From the IMG/VR virus record IMGVR_UViG_3300028581_000059, positions 1 through 50,657 of that record: DNA of 50,657 nucleotides, one strand, 5' to 3'. The translations under genes and the position numbers were made by a program. This DNA is from a virus. Lineage: Duplodnaviria; Caudoviricetes. Shown here piece by piece: positions 1-9,427 of the stretch (position 1 is the first letter of the stretch; each line of letters starts with the position of its first letter). Below the pieces are notes generated by a model. That model saw nothing but the letters and a program-made list of their open reading frames with translations, did not search any database and was not told where the DNA came from.

Positions 1-343
1 CGTTCCCGATAACCTGTATGACACCGCGTGCGAAGCCGTGGGGACAAACTTTGCCGGCGCGACCAGCATGATGGACCCCGACAGCGCAAACGGCAAGATC
101 AATACCCAATACAAGAGATGGACCGTTATCGCGTATCCGCGTCTCGACGACTACGATACGAATAACTGGTTCATGGTGGATTCCAAGAAGATGAAGGAAT
201 ACCTGCTGTGGGTTGATCGTATTGCGCCGGACATCGAGACCACGAAAGACTTCGAGACCAAGATGTTCAAAGAATCGGTTTATAGTCGGTTTGGGTATGG
301 ATTTACTGAATGGAGATGGCTGTATGGAATGTCGGTTTCTTAA
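1..343 (+). CDS. Major capsid protein, C-terminal part (5' part at 50195-50657)
   Basis: Frame is open from base 2 (VPDNLYDTACEAVG...); WFMVDSKKMK and RFGYGFTEWRWLYG resemble the C-terminus of Mu gpT-like HK97-fold capsid proteins. Confidence 0.8.
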   Translation, partial: VPDNLYDTACEAVGTNFAGATSMMDPDSANGKINTQYKRWTVIAYPRLDDYDTNNWFMVDSKKMKEYLLWVDRIAPDIETTKDFETKMFKESVYSRFGYGFTEWRWLYGMSVS

Positions 344-420
344 TAAATTCCGGCATATAGTTCTTTGACAATTTAATGATTTAGACCTTGACAAGAACAA
401 ACCCCTCACGGGGTTAAGGG

Positions 421-530
421 TTTAGGGTTTCCTGAAGGTCCGGCCGGGCTGACGGGAACGCAAGAACAGAAGAACGGAAAGCTGGTTAGAGCTAACCCTC
501 TACCACTTTCCGTTTTTTTGTTGCCCTGAA
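421..530 (+). ncRNA. Structured cis-element, copy 1 (multi-stem, ends in hairpin plus U-tract)
   Basis: tttagggt 421-428 pairs with gccctgaa 523-530; GGGAACGCAAGAA at 454-466; long hairpin then tttttt; same architecture as 17926-18032. Confidence 0.6.
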
Positions 531-612
531 ATGAATGTAGTTTAACCGGGTAAGCGGGTCTAAGTGGCCCGGGCAGCCCTTCGGGGGTGTTCCGTACATG
601 GAGGATTAACAA

Positions 613-1602
613 ATGGGATTAACAAAATTTCCGAATGGAATTCTTGCGACTCCGAATATAGGGGGTTGTGATCGGTCAGAGATGTTTGAAAGTGGGAATA
701 TCTGGTTTGTCGATGGAGATAATGGATCTGCCAGTAATGCTGGCACTTCTCCGGATGTTTCGTTTGCACTTCCGACAACTGCGGTGACTGCGGCTTCAAT
801 GAGGGGGATCGTTTATGTCAGGCCGAGGGATACTGTGGCTGCGGCGCAGACGTATTATGTGGACAACATCACAATTCCGTTGACCAAGTCTCATCTGCAA
901 ATCTTGGGGTGCGCCCCGGATAGTTCGATGCCGTACTTTGGACCTATGATTAAAGCGTCCACTGTCACATCCCCGGTTTTGATAATCAAAAGCGCAGGGT
1001 GCTTGATCGAAGGTCTGGAACTGACCGGAACCGGACAGACGGCTGATGTCACGAGCATCGTGGAAACGCAAAACAACGGGACCACGACCAGGGCCTACGG
1101 AGTAACTATTCGTGGCAATACGTTCAGGAACGCCAAGGGTCATACGATTGGTTTGGGTGCCGCTCTCCACATGGATACGGCCATCTACATGAAGATTCAG
1201 GGGAATCTGTTCCGGGATAATCCGGTCAGTATCGTCTTCCAAACGACCTATGCGGCAGTCAATAGCCTTATCATCCAGAAGAATGTCTTCAGCGGACCAG
1301 TTGCCACCAGGGATGTGGATATTTGGTGTGACGGGTCGGCTGGAACGGGGCTTTTGATTCACGACAATCAATTCCCCGATGCCTTGCCTGCCCTGACAGA
1401 CGGGGCGATCAAGAAGTACATTTCGCTGAATGCCGGTTTATACGGAATGGTCAGCGAGAATAAGTTCGGCTATGCGGCGGGGACGGCGGACGCCTTGTTT
1501 GCCGCAACCGGCACGATTGCCAACATTCCGACGACCGTGATGATGGTAAACAACCAAGTTCAGATGGACGGCGAAGGTGAGACAGGCGTACTCACCGTCT
1601 AA
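613..1602 (+). CDS. Right-handed beta-helix (pectin lyase-like) virion protein
   Basis: GGAGG RBS; WFVDGDNGSASNAGTSPD followed by repeated IxxNxF beta-helix turns. Confidence 0.65.
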   Translation: MGLTKFPNGILATPNIGGCDRSEMFESGNIWFVDGDNGSASNAGTSPDVSFALPTTAVTAASMRGIVYVRPRDTVAAAQTYYVDNITIPLTKSHLQILGCAPDSSMPYFGPMIKASTVTSPVLIIKSAGCLIEGLELTGTGQTADVTSIVETQNNGTTTRAYGVTIRGNTFRNAKGHTIGLGAALHMDTAIYMKIQGNLFRDNPVSIVFQTTYAAVNSLIIQKNVFSGPVATRDVDIWCDGSAGTGLLIHDNQFPDALPALTDGAIKKYISLNAGLYGMVSENKFGYAAGTADALFAATGTIANIPTTVMMVNNQVQMDGEGETGVLTV

Positions 1603-1656
1603 ACCCTTAAAAGCGATGCGGGGCGCTATATCCCCGCACTTTAATAGGATAATACG

Positions 1657-2046
1657 ATGTCCACTTATACATTTAGGAAAAGGTGCGGAACGTGTAAAGG
1701 AACCGGAAAAATTATTCGACCGCCATTTGAGTGGATAGACGAAGAAGGAAACTCCCACGCGTCCACTGAAATAGATTGCCCTAATTGCCAAGGGAACGGA
1801 AGTTACGAATGGGGAACATTTGATAGCACACTCAAGTGTCCAACTTCGCTTGTTCTGGAAAATACCGACTATGATGAGTACACAGCCCTGACCGCCGCCA
1901 AGAAGACGTTTTATGCGCTTTTCATCTCTGCCGGAACTTTAGATATGACCGAGGGATCGAAAGCAAACGCCATGTTTCTGACAACGATCTTTCCACCGGG
2001 TACGGCCAGCAATACGGCAATAACAAGTGCCTTGGCAGGATTATAG
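1657..2046 (+). CDS. Protein with DnaJ-type CxxCxGxG zinc finger
   Basis: CGTCKGTG and CPNCQGNG motifs. Confidence 0.6.
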   Translation: MSTYTFRKRCGTCKGTGKIIRPPFEWIDEEGNSHASTEIDCPNCQGNGSYEWGTFDSTLKCPTSLVLENTDYDEYTALTAAKKTFYALFISAGTLDMTEGSKANAMFLTTIFPPGTASNTAITSALAGL

Positions 2047-2055
2047 GGAGGGGTA

Positions 2056-2238
2056 ATGCTCATTATCATCAAGGGGCGACAACGGCTTGGAAAGACCCGT
2101 TCCGAACTGGAAAAGAATCTTCGCAAGGAATGGGGATCGGCAGCCCTCTCCCCGGAGCAGGTTGATAAGTGCCGGTATCTTGAACGGAAAACGGAAAGAG
2201 CGTGGCAGGACTCGGAAGTGATTGACAGCGTAAAATGA
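2056..2238 (+). CDS. Hypothetical protein
   Basis: GGGAGG RBS; ATGA overlap with the next gene. Confidence 0.5.
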   Translation: MLIIIKGRQRLGKTRSELEKNLRKEWGSAALSPEQVDKCRYLERKTERAWQDSEVIDSVK

Positions 2239-2558
2239 GAACCGACCAGATGAAGTTTTCTGCCTCCTGTGAACTTTTGGAAAAGACCGTGGAGATTGAC
2301 GGGGTGATGCGGGACGTTTACGGAATCGCCTGCATGAGAGCCGAACCAAAGTGGCAGGGGTTGGGCCGCATGATACTCAGGTGGTCTGAGGAAAAGGCAA
2401 GGCGGGATGGGAAATATTGTTGTGTCGGGTTTGCCCTTCCCCATACTTATGAACGGTTCGACAAGAAGGCGGGCTGGTCGCACTGCGGAATGTATCAGAA
2501 CTGGGTAATTACAGCATCCATCCCGGTCGGAAAGATCGTTGTAAATGAACACTGGTAA
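2235..2558 (+). CDS. GNAT-like acetyltransferase (short)
   Basis: VYGIACMRAEPKWQGLGRMIL resembles GNAT motif A; later FDKKAGW resembles motif B. Confidence 0.5.
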   Translation: MRTDQMKFSASCELLEKTVEIDGVMRDVYGIACMRAEPKWQGLGRMILRWSEEKARRDGKYCCVGFALPHTYERFDKKAGWSHCGMYQNWVITASIPVGKIVVNEHW

Positions 2559-3075
2559 GGTATGTATTGTCGGCAAGGGCAAAGGATGGGACGAGGCTCC
2601 TCTGGATTCACTGACATGGGGGATCACACAAATTATCCTGAGACGCCCCGTGGATCGTGTAATCGACATGAACGACTACACCCTGTGGGGGCCGGAAGAG
2701 GCAGAAGAGGCAGTACGGGCGAAAGCCCTGGCGGAAGTGCAGGGGGTCGAATACATCGACCGAAGCAACTATCCCTTAGAGGACGTGATTGACTTCTTCG
2801 GGACGGATTACTTCAGCAATACGGTGGATTATGCAATAGCTCTGGCGCTGTTTGAAATGTTCGATGAGATCCACCTTTACGGCGTGACGATGATGATGGG
2901 ATCAGATTATTATTTTGAGAAGCCCGGCGTCGATTTCTGGTGCGGAATGGCTCTCGGGAGAAGGGCAAAGGTGATCGTGCATGGTCAGTATTCAACCATA
3001 ATGAGGACACAAAACGGTTGCTTATATGGCTATGGTTTGCCGCAAAACTTGGATGAACGATTAAAGAAAGGATGA
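2545..3075 (+). CDS. Rossmann-like transferase (GT29/Maf/MptE-like)
   Basis: VCIVGKGKG start and NTVDYAIALALFEMFDEIHLYGV motif. Confidence 0.5.
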   Translation: MNTGKVCIVGKGKGWDEAPLDSLTWGITQIILRRPVDRVIDMNDYTLWGPEEAEEAVRAKALAEVQGVEYIDRSNYPLEDVIDFFGTDYFSNTVDYAIALALFEMFDEIHLYGVTMMMGSDYYFEKPGVDFWCGMALGRRAKVIVHGQYSTIMRTQNGCLYGYGLPQNLDERLKKG

Positions 3076-3078
3076 TTT

Positions 3079-3621
3079 ATGAGTGAAGCACAATTTTTTT
3101 CGGAAGTGGACATGACCACAAAGGACGGTATCAAGCAGGTCGCCTCAGAGTATCCCGCTTGGTACTACACGACCATGATGGATGATTTGAAAGAGGATAT
3201 TCGGCGGGAAGATTTTGCCCTTGAAAGTGGCGTTGTCCCGGCAGAGCGCAGGCCGCAGATGGTGGACAAGATCAAGAGACTGAAAAAGAAACTTGAGGAC
3301 ATCGAAAAGAGTGTCCCGAAATTGTCCGAGGCGGATGAAAGCAAACTCCTGAAAGTACGGAAGGAACTCGGGAAAGAGATTTCTTCCCTGATGTTCACCC
3401 GTTCGCAGATGCAGAAAGGCCTTGCAGACAGTCATACAGAGGCGCGACGGATGGTTGACCCTTGCATTTCCATCGAAAATGAAGCCGCTGAGGTCGCCCG
3501 AAAGTGCAATATCACTCCCCGAAATGGCAAAATATCTCGTACAGAGGCCGAAAAGATATGGAAGATAACCGGTCGGTACTTTGGGGAAATTAGCAATTCG
3601 GAATCTCTCAGAAAAGACTGA
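3079..3621 (+). CDS. Hypothetical phage protein
   Basis: AAGGA RBS; 180-aa helical ORF in the operon. Confidence 0.6.
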   Translation: MSEAQFFSEVDMTTKDGIKQVASEYPAWYYTTMMDDLKEDIRREDFALESGVVPAERRPQMVDKIKRLKKKLEDIEKSVPKLSEADESKLLKVRKELGKEISSLMFTRSQMQKGLADSHTEARRMVDPCISIENEAAEVARKCNITPRNGKISRTEAEKIWKITGRYFGEISNSESLRKD

Positions 3622-3642
3622 GGGATGTAATGGGTTTAGGTA

Positions 3643-4173
3643 ATGTCAAAAAAAGGATTTAAGCATTCCGAGGAAACAAAAAGGAAGATTTCGGAATCAA
3701 AAAAAGGACAGCCTTCTTCTCTGAAAGGCAGTCATATGTCTGAAGAGATAAAACAGAAACATCGTATTGCTATTACGGGAAAGAAACACTCCGAAGAAGC
3801 AAAGAGAAGGATGTCGATATCAAAAAAGGGCATGCTGAGTGGTGATAAAAACCCAAATTGGAAAGGTGGTGTGTCTAAGGTAGAAGGATACGAAAGTCTT
3901 TGGAAACAAAGGTACAGTTTTCGGAAGAAGAACATTGTTGGGTCATATACACATGGGGAATGGGAACTCTTGAAGGAACAATATGACTATTCCTGTCCAA
4001 GTTGCGGCAGAATGGAACCGGAAATTATATTGGCGGCAGATCATGTTATTCCAATAACCAAAGGTGGTTGTAACAACATTAGCAACATCCAACCGTTGTG
4101 TGGATCATGTAACAGTAGGAAGCATACGAAAATTTTCAGGATTACACCAGAGGGAGAGTTGATGTTGTTTTAA
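3643..4173 (+). CDS. NUMOD3-repeat HNH homing endonuclease
   Basis: HSEETKRKISES repeats; CPSC...DHVIP...GGCNNISNIQPLCGSCN. Confidence 0.9.
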   Translation: MSKKGFKHSEETKRKISESKKGQPSSLKGSHMSEEIKQKHRIAITGKKHSEEAKRRMSISKKGMLSGDKNPNWKGGVSKVEGYESLWKQRYSFRKKNIVGSYTHGEWELLKEQYDYSCPSCGRMEPEIILAADHVIPITKGGCNNISNIQPLCGSCNSRKHTKIFRITPEGELMLF

Positions 4174-4182
4174 GGAGGCACT

Positions 4183-5094
4183 ATGCTCGGCATTGATTTA
4201 TTGAATAAATTGGCACAGTTATGCAACGACGCTCACCCGTCCGGATTTTGGCTTGATCGTAAGACCTCCTTCGATTACCTTTACGAAGCTGCGAAGAACT
4301 TTGCTTCTGACACTCGATCCCTTCATTCCACGCAGACCATAACGACTGTGGCGACACAGGCGAAGTATGCCCTCAATCCTAACTTCCTACGGGTGCTTAC
4401 GGAGGACAGCGATGGGAAAGAGACAATCCCGTATTACAACGGAACATCTACTTCCTGGCTCAGTTTGGAACAGTACCCTACCGTTGTGTATGACGATCTG
4501 GCCGATTCCACTCCTTACAGGTTTTCAATCACAGACAGGCCAAAGGCAACACAGATAACCGGCACGGCGACATCGGCGGGAACAAACGCCGGGGGGGAAT
4601 CTACCCTTACGGATACCGCCGCCGCATTCACCAGCATTGCGGCAGGAGATTCAATCTATGACACCACGGCAAGCCATATCGGTTATGCGTTGTCAGTAAC
4701 TTCCGCCACGGCATTAAAGACGGCCATGTTCGATCTATCCGCCGTGCAGAGTGCTTACGGGGACTGGGCCGATGACGATGCTTATATCATCCAACCCTCC
4801 GCTCGATATGACCTCGTTCTCGACCCACCCCCTGATACATCAGGACATACAATCGCCCTTGAATATGTCTGTTCTCCTACTCCGGTTTATACGGACTATG
4901 GCTCCTACGGATTCGCGTCCGGGTATGAGGAGGCCCTGTTGAAGTACGCCGCATGGCTCTACAAATACAGAGACCTCCAACCCAAATTCGGGGATGCGCT
5001 CTATGGGGCCTATGACATGCAGATGCGGAAGGCAAGAAGCAATAACAGATCGGTCAAGGGAATGAAACGAGTAAGGGCAAACTTTACGAGGTAA
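4183..5094 (+). CDS. Head-tail adaptor / tail tubular A-like protein with inserted beta domain
   Basis: Position; LDPPPD...YEEALLKYAAW C-terminus typical of adaptor proteins. Confidence 0.6.
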   Translation: MLGIDLLNKLAQLCNDAHPSGFWLDRKTSFDYLYEAAKNFASDTRSLHSTQTITTVATQAKYALNPNFLRVLTEDSDGKETIPYYNGTSTSWLSLEQYPTVVYDDLADSTPYRFSITDRPKATQITGTATSAGTNAGGESTLTDTAAAFTSIAAGDSIYDTTASHIGYALSVTSATALKTAMFDLSAVQSAYGDWADDDAYIIQPSARYDLVLDPPPDTSGHTIALEYVCSPTPVYTDYGSYGFASGYEEALLKYAAWLYKYRDLQPKFGDALYGAYDMQMRKARSNNRSVKGMKRVRANFTR

Positions 5095-5097
5095 AAA

Positions 5098-7371
5098 GTG
5101 GCGCGAAAGAAGTTCACGACGCAAAGAACCATTGCCGATATGGAGCCGATTCCTTTCCGGGGCGGTTGCAATACCTATCTCCCGGCGATCACGTTACCTT
5201 CCGGCAAGTTCTCCATGATCCAGAATATGAGGGCGACCCATCCGGGATTCAAGGCGCGGACGGGTATGCTGAAACTGCACTCCACGGCGCACACTGCCAC
5301 AAAGGTTCTTTCCGCTTTTCACTTCAGCAAAGGCAAGCGATCCGAGAAACACTTTCTCGCGCAGTTTTCGGATGGGGATTTATACGAAGCCACGACACAG
5401 CCGCCCGGCGTCACCGCCGGAGCATTCGGAACCCTGAAATACTCCGGGGATAGCTCGGCTATCCCTGCCGCGTATTCAGTTATGGATGACAGCCTGCTTT
5501 ATTCAGACGGGGTAGATCAGCACCAGCTCTTCCCCGGCGATGCGAACCCGGTGACCAGTTTCCATGTGTATTCAAGCGCCGTGGCCCTTCCGTTGATTCC
5601 GGCTTTAGGAAACGACTACACGATGGAGGTATTGGATACCGCAACCTCGACCTATGCGGTTATTTCGGCCCTGGGGACAAATGCGGCGGATACCATTCTG
5701 ATATGCTGCCCCACCGTGCCGTCAAAACTCAATATCGTGATGAGTACGAGTGTCAATGCGGTTGTCTCTGCCTTGACCATTAAGTACATGAAAAGCGGAT
5801 CGCCCGATGCCTTTACTACGGTAGGGGCATCCCTCTCGGATGGTACGGCGACGGGCGGCGCCACGTTTGCTAAAAGCGGCACGATTTCATGGGACGCCTT
5901 GACCGATATGGTTCCCTCGTTCATGTTCGGGATAAGCGGATTCTGGCTTGCCCTTACCGTGTCTGTGGCTCTCAGCGCAACGGTGAGGATCAATCAAGTG
6001 ACTTACGGGGGCGCGTTCCAACCCCTTCAGAATGTATGGGATGGGGATTCAATCCCGGCATTGGAGGCGCGGTTTTATATCCATGCTTCCGTGGCGTATT
6101 TCACCTATTACGGTGCGTCGATTGATGTATCATCTATGGTTGCCACCAACGATGCAATTTATTTCAACACCATTGATAACATTAGAGCCATTTACATTGA
6201 CGCGACATCCACCCCGTCAACAACGGCATCCGTGACCCCGCACCTTTATTACTGGAATGGATCGGTATTCACAACGGAAGTGTCCAATCTGGTGGATAAC
6301 ACCGTCGGAATGACAAAACCCGGATGGATGACCTTCGATAAGGTTTCAGCGGAAAAGACGATGTTCCAGACATCGTATTATTCCTACTGGTGGAAACTAA
6401 CGATTACGGGTGGGAATTTCCCGGCAGATACCCGAATCGGAATCTATGTCATGCCGTATTATGACATCAATGATATTGCGACTACGGGAAGATGTAATTG
6501 CGCGTGGAAGAACCGGGCCGTCTATGGGACCGATAGGGATCAGTATCTTTTGGTTTCCGCCCTGCATCAACCGATGGTCCTGAATGGAAGCGACTTCGGA
6601 ACCCTCGATCCCGGAGATGGTAGGGCAAACCTACCCGTCTGTATGCGACAGTTCAAGAACGAATTGATGGTATGGCAGGAGGAAAAGGGAACGGATGGCG
6701 GGTGCTTTACCCTGTTTGAAGGCTATAACCCCGACACATACGGCAAACTGGTTCTATCCACAAAACTCGGAGCACTAAACGCAAAGAGCGCGGTAGTTGT
6801 TGAGGGGGTAGAGGTTTCAACCGAGACGGGGATTGAGGTTAGAACCGTTGTCTATGTCCTCAGTCATTACGGGGTTTATATGTCGGACGGTAGATTCTGC
6901 ACCATGATTTCCGACGACATCCGGGACAGGTTCGACACCACGAATGCGAATTGTATCCGAAGAGGATACGAATCAGATATGTGGATTGCCTATGATTCCG
7001 TATTCAATGTTCTTAGGCTTGGCCTCGTGTGCGGGACCGGGGAAGTTCCGAACGTGTTTCCCGTGTATGACATAACGGACAGCGCGTGGATGTTCGACAC
7101 GGGACTTGGACTTTCATCCATGTGCGAGGTTGAATCCGGCAGCGGAACCGCCCCGGTAGTTTTGTGCGGCGGGGGATCGGCGGACGGACTTGTGCATCTT
7201 CTGAATAGCGGGACGACAGATAATGGCGTGGCGATTGATTCTTATGCAACGGTGGAACTCGACGGGGCCGGACTGGTTATCAATCTAAGAGAATTGATTC
7301 TTGCAAAGGATGGGGATGTCACTCTTACCCCGTATCAGGACGGGACTGTTCAGACGGCAAAGGTCATATAA
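5098..7371 (+). CDS. Tail tubular B / P22 gp10-like nozzle protein
   Basis: 757 aa, beta-rich; PFRGGCNT...NMR N-terminus; follows the adaptor gene. Confidence 0.65.
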   Translation: MARKKFTTQRTIADMEPIPFRGGCNTYLPAITLPSGKFSMIQNMRATHPGFKARTGMLKLHSTAHTATKVLSAFHFSKGKRSEKHFLAQFSDGDLYEATTQPPGVTAGAFGTLKYSGDSSAIPAAYSVMDDSLLYSDGVDQHQLFPGDANPVTSFHVYSSAVALPLIPALGNDYTMEVLDTATSTYAVISALGTNAADTILICCPTVPSKLNIVMSTSVNAVVSALTIKYMKSGSPDAFTTVGASLSDGTATGGATFAKSGTISWDALTDMVPSFMFGISGFWLALTVSVALSATVRINQVTYGGAFQPLQNVWDGDSIPALEARFYIHASVAYFTYYGASIDVSSMVATNDAIYFNTIDNIRAIYIDATSTPSTTASVTPHLYYWNGSVFTTEVSNLVDNTVGMTKPGWMTFDKVSAEKTMFQTSYYSYWWKLTITGGNFPADTRIGIYVMPYYDINDIATTGRCNCAWKNRAVYGTDRDQYLLVSALHQPMVLNGSDFGTLDPGDGRANLPVCMRQFKNELMVWQEEKGTDGGCFTLFEGYNPDTYGKLVLSTKLGALNAKSAVVVEGVEVSTETGIEVRTVVYVLSHYGVYMSDGRFCTMISDDIRDRFDTTNANCIRRGYESDMWIAYDSVFNVLRLGLVCGTGEVPNVFPVYDITDSAWMFDTGLGLSSMCEVESGSGTAPVVLCGGGSADGLVHLLNSGTTDNGVAIDSYATVELDGAGLVINLRELILAKDGDVTLTPYQDGTVQTAKVI

Positions 7372-7589
7372 TGGATCGAGTGCGACTCAGTTTGAACGTA
7401 ACGGGGAAACATGGATCTCTGAAGTTTGCCGGAACGGATATTAGGGAAATGAGAGTGCTCATAAACAACATCGTGGAGAAGAGTCCCTATGTTCCCATGA
7501 ATCAGATCGGCGAGCATATCAGCGTGAAACTGGCCGGGGCAAGATTGGATTATGTTTGTTTCAATATCGAAACAATGGAAGCGCGATAA
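7371..7589 (+). CDS. Small protein translationally coupled to the nozzle gene
   Basis: TAATG overlap; internal repeat LNVTGKHGSLKF / MNQIGEHISVKL. Confidence 0.55.
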   Translation: MDRVRLSLNVTGKHGSLKFAGTDIREMRVLINNIVEKSPYVPMNQIGEHISVKLAGARLDYVCFNIETMEAR

Positions 7590-7595
7590 GAGACG

Positions 7596-8828
7596 ATGAA
7601 AGATTATTTCCGTAAACCGAATATAGCGAAAAGTTATTCAGACATGTTTGAAAGAACATCTGAAGCGCAGTTACAGTACGAACACGTCTATAAACATTCG
7701 GAATTCAAAAAACCATACGAGTCTGGTAGTTATGACGATATGGAACTTATGTCAACACCTTCTTTTAATTTTCCCCGCAATTCACCACAGGGATGGGATT
7801 ATCCCGGTGATATAGTTACCACGACTCCATGGACAGTACAAGGGACAGTACCGGGAACAGTAGGGAAACATACGTCTTTCGGACCGGAGATACCTTTTCC
7901 CGAAGAGCCGCATCCGCCGGTTCCGGTAGAAGATCCCTTTCCCGAAAATCCTCATCCGCCGAATCCGCCGAATCCGCCGAAGCCAAAGGTGCAGGTCTTT
8001 TATTGTTGGACAAACGACTGTTTCATGCCCGGCAAATGCACCAATGTTCCGTTTCATTGCACTTTCACGATTACGGATATTGAAAAAGGATTCTTTACAT
8101 TAAGCGCAGAGGCCCGTGGAACCAGAACATTTCCAGTCCAGGGGAACATTCGTATCTGTTCTACGAAAGATGAAACCGGACCTCTTGACTTCACTATTTG
8201 GGGAACAAAAGACCCCGATTTGTATAATCTCGGAGGGTTGAATCCGTACCATGAAGGCAAACAGGATACGGACCTACATATTCCCGGTTGTGATTACACT
8301 AATTGTTTAGGTGATGATGGCGATCCAGTCTTGATGCACTATACCACCAAACAAATGGCAGTAAACGATACACAGACACTTTATGTTGAAAATGCCAATA
8401 GTGCGGGAGATTACATGTGGGAGTGCAATATAGGCACTATTGGTCCTACCGGGTCAACAACAACATATACCGCCCCCGCGACCAATCCCGGTTGTACAAC
8501 CGCTGTAATTACACTAAAAGATAAGGGTGATGGCGGCGGGGGAAGTACCTGTTCCACGCTTAATATTGCTGTAAGTGCGAATGTTTCTGGAAGTGCTATA
8601 CAGCGTTGTTGTGATGTTGGCGGAGTTAATCATTGTAATATCTTTGGAACCTGTCTGGGTGTTTGGGGATCAACAAATGCTTACTGTTTAACAAATTGCG
8701 GTGCAGATTCCGGTACTGGTTCAGCAAACCCTTGCGGTGCTTTCGGCAACCCTCCAAACGGTGTAATAACAGACATACGAGATGCCGCAATGATAGCAGC
8801 GGGTTGTTGTCCTTATCAGTTATTGTAG
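7596..8828 (+). CDS. Pro-rich, Cys-rich putative virion protein
   Basis: PPN linker; 19 Cys in the C-terminal two-thirds. Confidence 0.6.
   Translation: MKDYFRKPNIAKSYSDMFERTSEAQLQYEHVYKHSEFKKPYESGSYDDMELMSTPSFNFPRNSPQGWDYPGDIVTTTPWTVQGTVPGTVGKHTSFGPEIPFPEEPHPPVPVEDPFPENPHPPNPPNPPKPKVQVFYCWTNDCFMPGKCTNVPFHCTFTITDIEKGFFTLSAEARGTRTFPVQGNIRICSTKDETGPLDFTIWGTKDPDLYNLGGLNPYHEGKQDTDLHIPGCDYTNCLGDDGDPVLMHYTTKQMAVNDTQTLYVENANSAGDYMWECNIGTIGPTGSTTTYTAPATNPGCTTAVITLKDKGDGGGGSTCSTLNIAVSANVSGSAIQRCCDVGGVNHCNIFGTCLGVWGSTNAYCLTNCGADSGTGSANPCGAFGNPPNGVITDIRDAAMIAAGCCPYQLL
7954..7980 (+). repeat. 9-bp tandem repeat (atccgccga)x3
   Basis: Read directly; encodes the PPNPPNPPK linker. Confidence 0.85.
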
Positions 8829-8835
8829 GGTATTT

Positions 8836-9300
8836 ATGAAAGAACTGACTGAAGAAGAGTTTAGCGACCGGATGATGGCAATGCAGCGGTCCAGGGCAAT
8901 CTTTGTCGAAACCGGACTGACGAAGAATATTACCCATGCCTTTGCCGCATATCAGACGATCTTCGCAGAACGGGAACGAGAGATATTTCTGGCAAATGTA
9001 TCCGGGAGTAAGCCGAGAACAATCATGGATAAATACTACCGTCCCAAATGTGTTGAGTGCGGTGCAGATATGGCGTTTCGGCAGCTCCCCGAAAACGACG
9101 AGGGAACAAAAATTCAGCTCGTCTGCATGAATGATAATTGCGACACGGTACTCAACAGCACGAACGACCTTAAATGGTGGATGGATAACTTGCGGATAAA
9201 AGGAAACGAGGCGGCTAATGGATTTAGTGGAACATTTAAGGGGGTTGACGAAATCAAGCAAGAAAGACGAGATCCCCGGCGCAGTAGAGGCGTATCTTGA
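8836..9300 (+). CDS. Hypothetical zinc-ribbon protein
   Basis: CVECG...CMNDNC. Confidence 0.55.
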   Translation: MKELTEEEFSDRMMAMQRSRAIFVETGLTKNITHAFAAYQTIFAEREREIFLANVSGSKPRTIMDKYYRPKCVECGADMAFRQLPENDEGTKIQLVCMNDNCDTVLNSTNDLKWWMDNLRIKGNEAANGFSGTFKGVDEIKQERRDPRRSRGVS

Positions 9301-9427
9301 TGAACTGTGTCCTGCGTGCGGAAAGAAGATGAAACTCTACCGCCCATGTTGCGGTTCATCGGAAGGGTATAAAGGATGCCCGTGTGGTTATAAGGTGGTA
9401 GTCGAGGGAGACAAAAGGAGAAAATAA
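9218..9427 (+). CDS. Small Cys-rich protein
   Basis: GAGG RBS; CPACG, CCG, CPCG; coupled to the next ORF. Confidence 0.5.
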   Translation: MDLVEHLRGLTKSSKKDEIPGAVEAYLDELCPACGKKMKLYRPCCGSSEGYKGCPCGYKVVVEGDKRRK

